Origin: an uncultured Bacteroidota bacterium
GTDB taxonomy: Bacteria; Bacteroidota; Bacteroidia; Chitinophagales; LD1
Direction: 5' to 3'
Assembly: GCA_903861145.1 (NCBI GenBank)
Contig: CAIOTH010000106.1
Coordinates: 8,442-72,441, forward strand
DNA: 64,000 nucleotides
Under the pieces are notes generated by a model. The model saw only the letters and a list, made by a program, of their open reading frames with translations. It did no database searches and was not told the DNA's origin. Position 1 is the stretch's first letter. Every line of letters starts with the position of its first letter. The position numbers were made by a program, and so were the translations under genes. Of the stretch, positions 59,070 through 64,000 are shown one piece after another.

Positions 59070-60986
59070 TTATCTCACTATCGTTAAAGGCCCATCAAAT
59101 TTTTGGTCTTGCCCGTTGTAATGTATTATCAGGATATAGTAATACGTACCACCCGGCAGCTCTTGCCCATTCCAGGTACCTCCCCATTTATTTTGATACG
59201 GCGCCTGTTGAAATACCTCATCACCCCACCGGTTCACAATACGCACCTCGTTATTCGGGTAGCCCTCCAAATCACGTATATCCCACACATCATTAAATCC
59301 ATCGCCGTTGGGCGTAATTACATTGGGTATAAAGAAAAGCGGGAATGGCCTGTCGCGCACAAACACGCGCACACTATCGTAAGTTAAACAACCAATACTA
59401 TCGCCAATGGTTAAATGGTAGGTAACATCCGAATCGGGCCATGCATAAGGGTTTGAGCAATCAAAGCAACTCAGGTTATACGCCGGTGCCCAGTTATAGG
59501 TAATCCCTAAAAATCCATTCAATTGTATAGTGTCTGTTCTCCAAATAATCGTATCAACACCTGCAACTGCGTAGGGCGCACGCGGTGGCTGGTTAATAGT
59601 AACCGAATCAACCAGGAAACATCCGTTCGAATCACTCAGTAACAAGGTATACATGCCTGCACCAAGATTAGTCAGGTCATTGGTGGTATCGGTATTGCTC
59701 CAATCGTAATGATAAGGAGGCGTGCCGCCCAACGCTGTTGCCTTAATTGCACCGTTTAAGGCACCAAAACAGGTTGCATTAACACTGGCAATTTGGAGTC
59801 GTAAAATAGGCGGTTCATAAACAGTAAATGTATCGGTAAAGGCGCACCGGTCAACTTCCGAAAGTGTTACCACATAAGTGCCTCCGCTCAGGTTAATAAT
59901 GCTAGCGGTGCTATCGCCATTACTCCATGCCAACGAGTAAGTAGACTCGGCATTATGCACTGTCAGCGTTATTGTTCCGTTTTTAAAACCGTTGCAGGTT
60001 ACATTGGTAATGGCCGCGGTTACAGTAAGCTTTGACGTAATGGCCAATGCGAAAGGAGAGTAGCGGTAATTATTCCACCGGTATTTGCTAATGCGGTTAA
60101 ACGGAGTGCCGGCAATAATTGTATCGCGGTAAATAGATTCCCACTCAGGTTGATTTTGCCAATGCGCAATATCGTTCCATGTGCCGTCTGCAGCAGTATC
60201 ATACATGATAGTTACATTAGCTGAATCGTTACCCGATATATGATACATGCGGTGGTACCACACCGGGTTTAACTGGCAAACCCTAAGCGCCTTTGTTGCA
60301 CGGTTGAATCCCTCCACGGTGGGGTCAACATTGGCAAAGCGCACTTTGTAATGGTTAATATTATTAGCCAACGGTTCAAACTCAACAGGGCGATATCTGA
60401 ATGTGCCAACGTTACTACCCACAGCAAAAAGATATGGCAGTGTCGAATTGGTTCTGCGTAAAAGTCCTCCATCGTTTAAACTCGATACATATCCACTGGT
60501 TCTCTTAACCGCACCGGTATCTGGGTTCAACACCCAAACGGTATTCGTATCCATACCAAACTGGCGGTCGGTAAGTTGTAGCTGGCCATCAACATACACA
60601 TCCAGGTCGCCGTATTTAACTCCCTGGTTTTGCAGCACAAGATTGTAAAAGTGAGTATCGGAAGTACCGGTAACGTGCTGGTCCGCGGCGTATAAATAAA
60701 CCCAGCCGGCACCAATTGAATCGAAACAACGGTTGGGCGCTGTGTGGCTCCAGTTACCGGTTACAAAAATGGTATCGCTGTTATCGTAAATGCCACTATC
60801 GCGGTTGTAAGCGTCGCCAATAATTGATAGGTATTCTCCGCCCTTTATTGACACTAATCCTGTATTACTCCAAAATGCATTTTGTGTAAAAGCAGAAAGT
60901 GACAACAATATGACCGAAAACAGTAAAGTAGACCTACGCGCCAATGGGCTTTTTATTTGAGGATAAATGTAATTGAAAGAAAGCAA
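59070..60986 (-). CDS. T9SS type B substrate with SprB-like repeats
   Basis: NVTCNG..NGTI and GGTPPYHYDWSN repeats, IPNVITPNGDGFND...NRWG...GTYYY CTD. Start may be TTG at 60944. Confidence 0.88.
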   Translation of the reverse strand: MLSFNYIYPQIKSPLARRSTLLFSVILLSLSAFTQNAFWSNTGLVSIKGGEYLSIIGDAYNRDSGIYDNSDTIFVTGNWSHTAPNRCFDSIGAGWVYLYAADQHVTGTSDTHFYNLVLQNQGVKYGDLDVYVDGQLQLTDRQFGMDTNTVWVLNPDTGAVKRTSGYVSSLNDGGLLRRTNSTLPYLFAVGSNVGTFRYRPVEFEPLANNINHYKVRFANVDPTVEGFNRATKALRVCQLNPVWYHRMYHISGNDSANVTIMYDTAADGTWNDIAHWQNQPEWESIYRDTIIAGTPFNRISKYRWNNYRYSPFALAITSKLTVTAAITNVTCNGFKNGTITLTVHNAESTYSLAWSNGDSTASIINLSGGTYVVTLSEVDRCAFTDTFTVYEPPILRLQIASVNATCFGALNGAIKATALGGTPPYHYDWSNTDTTNDLTNLGAGMYTLLLSDSNGCFLVDSVTINQPPRAPYAVAGVDTIIWRTDTIQLNGFLGITYNWAPAYNLSCFDCSNPYAWPDSDVTYHLTIGDSIGCLTYDSVRVFVRDRPFPLFFIPNVITPNGDGFNDVWDIRDLEGYPNNEVRIVNRWGDEVFQQAPYQNKWGGTWNGQELPGGTYYYILIIHYNGQDQKFDGPLTIVR

Positions 60987-61131
60987 AATGCAGGCAAGAA
61001 AAATATGAGTTTACTCAGCGAAATTGTCGCCAGATAGAGTTTTGCCAAAGTGAAGAAAATCAGCTGAAAATATATGATAAGATGTTTGAAAAATGATAGC
61101 TTTGGTACTTGTATAAAACTGCTGTTCATTA

Positions 61132-62598
61132 ATGAGGAAAATTCTACTGGCATCGCTGTTTTTTATGCTACTGCAATTTGCATCGCAGGCGCAGGTGGGT
61201 ATTAATATTTTAATACCCGATTCTAGCGCGGTATTGCAGCTAGAGTCTAACCACAAAGGCCTTGGTTTACCACGTTTAACAAGTGGCGAGCGCGATTCCA
61301 TCTACAATCCGCTAAAGGGCTTAACCATTTTCAATACACAGGATAGTTTAATTGAATATTGGAATGGAGAGTGTTGGCTTAAAGCTTACCAGCAAAACTG
61401 TTATGAGTGCGCGTTTAACATGAGCATCAGTCACTCAACCGATACACTCGACCGGGTAATAGCAGATTCAGTAAGTACCGTTATTACAGTCGCTCACACC
61501 AATGGCAATCAACCAATTTCCTTAATCTGTCTCTCTTCGCTACCTGCCGGAGTAAGTGTTTACTTTAATGGCAACCCCACTATCGATTCGTCCGGTTCGG
61601 TGCAACTGGTTGTAAAGGCTGATCAATGCGCCACAGTTGGGGGGAATTATCCTATAATTATTGAAGGTTTTTGTGGTAATCAAATTAATTACGTAACCTA
61701 CAATATCTACATCAGGCCACCGGTTCAAATTGCCATACCGGTTGATGTGTTTGATTATAACCTACAAACCATCAACAACCTTCCTGCCAATCCCGCGCAG
61801 TTTGTTGTTTTAACCGTTAATAACTCCGTAACGCTTCATTCATCGGCCAGTACTAATCCGTCGTACACATCCGGTAGCCTGGACCCCAGCTCCCTGGTTT
61901 GCATAACCAACAACGGCGAAATTTTAGGCAGGGGAGGAGATGGGGGCAGCTTTACCTTTACCAATAACTTTTTGGTAGCCGGTGGCACCGCGGGTAATAA
62001 CGGTGGTAACGCCATGAATCTAACTACTAAAACAGTGTTGCAAAATTACGGCGCCATTTATGGCGGCGGTGGTGGTGGCGGCTCGGTGGGCTTTGCACTT
62101 GGGGTTTCAAATATTCCTATTATCGGCGGTTTTGCTATAGGTTTTGGATTTTGCGGTGGTGGTGGTTCCGAGTCGGGTGCCGGTGGTTTGATTAATAACG
62201 GTGTAGGTATCAACCTCGGCATTTTCGATAATGGTGGCAACGCTACTTGCTGCATAGGTTCAATACCGGGTCTGGGTCCCTCGGCAAATTACCCAATCAA
62301 TATTCCTATCAACATTGTAACTATTACCATTACACCATCGGCACATGGCGGCGATGGTGGAGGGTTTACCCAACCTGGCACTAAAGGCTATATGAACGTA
62401 TCACTAACTGTTTGCGTGGCTATACCAATTATCGGCACTATCTGCATTCCGATACCTATACCAGGCGGATTTTTGCCTTTCTATGGACCGGCCGGCGGTA
62501 ATCCCGGTGAGGCTATAAAACGCAATAACAATCCGTTAACCGGTTTGTCTGATGGAACTTATAATACCACGCAGGTTAAAGGAGTTGTAGGGCCGTAG
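61132..62598 (+). CDS. Secreted protein with Bacteroidota fibre-type N-terminus and glycine-rich gp38-like C-terminal domain
   Basis: Signal peptide, QVGIN...SAVL...KGLGLPRLT...RDSI..P..GL.IFNT, then NNGEILGRGGDGG, NYGAIYGGGGGGG and further Gly motifs. Confidence 0.65.
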   Translation: MRKILLASLFFMLLQFASQAQVGINILIPDSSAVLQLESNHKGLGLPRLTSGERDSIYNPLKGLTIFNTQDSLIEYWNGECWLKAYQQNCYECAFNMSISHSTDTLDRVIADSVSTVITVAHTNGNQPISLICLSSLPAGVSVYFNGNPTIDSSGSVQLVVKADQCATVGGNYPIIIEGFCGNQINYVTYNIYIRPPVQIAIPVDVFDYNLQTINNLPANPAQFVVLTVNNSVTLHSSASTNPSYTSGSLDPSSLVCITNNGEILGRGGDGGSFTFTNNFLVAGGTAGNNGGNAMNLTTKTVLQNYGAIYGGGGGGGSVGFALGVSNIPIIGGFAIGFGFCGGGGSESGAGGLINNGVGINLGIFDNGGNATCCIGSIPGLGPSANYPINIPINIVTITITPSAHGGDGGGFTQPGTKGYMNVSLTVCVAIPIIGTICIPIPIPGGFLPFYGPAGGNPGEAIKRNNNPLTGLSDGTYNTTQVKGVVGP

Positions 62599-62627
62599 TT
62601 CATTTAAGATTTGATAAATCAAAAAGT

Positions 62628-63287
62628 ATGAAGAATATACTAACGATAGTTTTATTGCTTGTTGCAGGCACCGGTTTGTTTGCTGCCAAAGGCATCGTGG
62701 TAACCCAAAAGTATACCGACCCTCATCAAAAAGGGGCAAGCATCACCGTTACATGGTATGTAACCGAAACGCAATGCAAAATGCAAATGCGTTATGCCGA
62801 TGATAAAATGAATACAACCAGCTATTTTATTCCCGATGTAACTAATAGCAGGCTGTTGACTTATAGCGATGGAATGGCACCCGGTTCACCGCAAAAAACC
62901 TACTACACGATACCGGTGCAAAATATTAAAGGCGACAACGAATTTGGGCACGTAACCGTTACCCCAACCGGCGAAATAAAAACGCTTTCAGGTATGCTTT
63001 GCGAAAAGGTAATTGTGAAAACCTATACCAGTACCACCGAAATGTGGATTACCAAAGACTTTAAAGCCGATTTTTACAAATTCTCATCTTACTTTCAAAG
63101 CAGTTTCGAATTGATGGGGCTTGACGAGAAAGGCATGCAAGGTGTGCCTCTTGAATCAGTGACCAAAGATAATGCAGGCACTATAATTAACTCCTACCAA
63201 TTAGTTAGCGCCACCAGTGCAGATTTGAATGCCACCGACTTTACGGTCCCTGCTGATTATAAACTGACCGGTTCAACCGGTAAATAA
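62628..63287 (+). CDS. DUF4412-like secreted protein
   Basis: Signal peptide, TGEIKTLSGMLCEK, EMWIT, GVPLE, FTVPADY. Confidence 0.75.
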   Translation: MKNILTIVLLLVAGTGLFAAKGIVVTQKYTDPHQKGASITVTWYVTETQCKMQMRYADDKMNTTSYFIPDVTNSRLLTYSDGMAPGSPQKTYYTIPVQNIKGDNEFGHVTVTPTGEIKTLSGMLCEKVIVKTYTSTTEMWITKDFKADFYKFSSYFQSSFELMGLDEKGMQGVPLESVTKDNAGTIINSYQLVSATSADLNATDFTVPADYKLTGSTGK

Positions 63288-63405
63288 AATAACCGGAACC
63301 GGTGCCGGATGCTGGAATACCCATGTTTGACCGGTATTTTGCCTGTAATTGCCCTAAAAAGTAATCGAATTTGATTCAGATGAGCAAAACTAGTGGTTTG
63401 AATGC

Positions 63406-63437
63406 TTGTCGGTAAGGATTTATTTGTTTTATATTTG
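63406..63437 (+). promoter_or_regulatory. Bacteroidota promoter upstream of the small ORF
   Basis: TTG at 63406-63408, 21-nt spacer, TATATTTG at 63430-63437. Confidence 0.65.
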
Positions 63438-63464
63438 TATATTAACCATTAAAAATTCAAACAT

Positions 63465-63605
63465 ATGGCAAAGGCAAAATTCGTTACGCACAAGCAGGCT
63501 GTCTACTTAAACAAAAAAACCGGACGCTTCGCTTCGGCTAAATATGCAAAGGCACATCCTACGGCTGTTACTAAGAAATTCGTTACCATTAAGCACGCGC
63601 TATAA
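63465..63605 (+). CDS. 46-aa basic small protein, below the ORF-track cut-off
   Basis: MAKAKFVTHKQAVYLNKKTGRFASAKYAKAHPTAVTKKFVTIKHAL, with A-rich leader, promoter and 3' hairpin. Confidence 0.7.
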   Translation: MAKAKFVTHKQAVYLNKKTGRFASAKYAKAHPTAVTKKFVTIKHAL

Positions 63606-63703
63606 GCGCGTTTTTTACCTTACGGCACCGGCTTTTCTTGTATCAAAATCTCATTTTATACGATACTGTTTAGCCCTTATTGTGCTATTTTATTAACTGT
63701 TTG

Positions 63704-63731
63704 AAAAAGCAAGCTTTGGGCTTGCTTTTTT
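63704..63731. terminator. Bidirectional-type terminator hairpin
   Basis: AAAAAGCAAGCT-TTG-GGCTTGCTTTTTT. Confidence 0.7.
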
Positions 63732-63854
63732 CATTTAGTAAAGCCTGATTCTTAAACTCTTTCGGCCTTTTGGTGTTGAGTAATCAAAATATTATTAGGG
63801 CACATTCGTCCTAGAGTTATATCTAATCAATAAACGCATTTTAAAACATAAAAA

Positions 63855-64000
63855 ATGGGACAAGAAGACAAATTAGTGCTAATAACCGGCGCTACCGAAG
63901 GAGTTGGCAAACAAACGGCTATTCAACTGGCGAAAAAGGGCTTTAGCATAGTTATGATGGTTCGCAACAAAACCAAAGCAGAGCAGGCCAAAAAGGAAAT
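63855..64000 (+). CDS. SDR oxidoreductase, 5' part only
   Basis: MGQEDKLVLITGATEGVGKQTAIQLA (TGxxxGxG), open to the window edge. Confidence 0.85.
   Translation, partial: MGQEDKLVLITGATEGVGKQTAIQLAKKGFSIVMMVRNKTKAEQAKKE

Noticed and set aside
61132-62598. Prophage remnant
   Set aside because: The gene has a Sec signal peptide and no phage structural, lysis or integration genes are nearby.

Overview
A gene-dense chromosomal window from a Bacteroidota bacterium, judged by T9SS substrates, a PorP/SprF gene, TAnnTTTG promoters and the miaB-sigma54 regulator-lptE-secG block. Housekeeping content: an exbB-exbD-exbD-tonB-PstS-like-TPR operon plus a second tonB, an MBOAT/SGNH acyltransferase pair, rpsP-rimM-trmD-rplS, arfB, trxB/gpx/trxA, fbaB, accD, bioBFDA, aroQ, xerD and several T9SS-secreted proteins. 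No rRNA, tRNA, CRISPR array, prophage or transposase was seen. The most unusual signal is in the intergenic DNA, where at least five distinct short repeat families occur. (i) A GxxExxY nuclease-fold gene is enclosed by 32-bp inverted arms built of 9-nt units, and an empty version of the same arms lies between rimM and trmD. (ii) A ~70-bp module of two G6-7/C6-7 boxes 54 bp apart around an IHF-consensus site is present three times. (iii) A heptamer palindrome fills the miaB-regulator gap. (iv) There are CCCTCTCT/CCCCTAAAGGGG hairpin mosaics. (v) There are REP-type palindromes. Other points: an FkbM methyltransferase frameshifted near an A4G6 tract, a secreted protein with a phage gp38-like polyglycine C-terminus, a DnaA box plus IHF site cluster, and an uncalled 46-aa basic ORF with its own promoter. 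All family assignments are by eye, not database searches.
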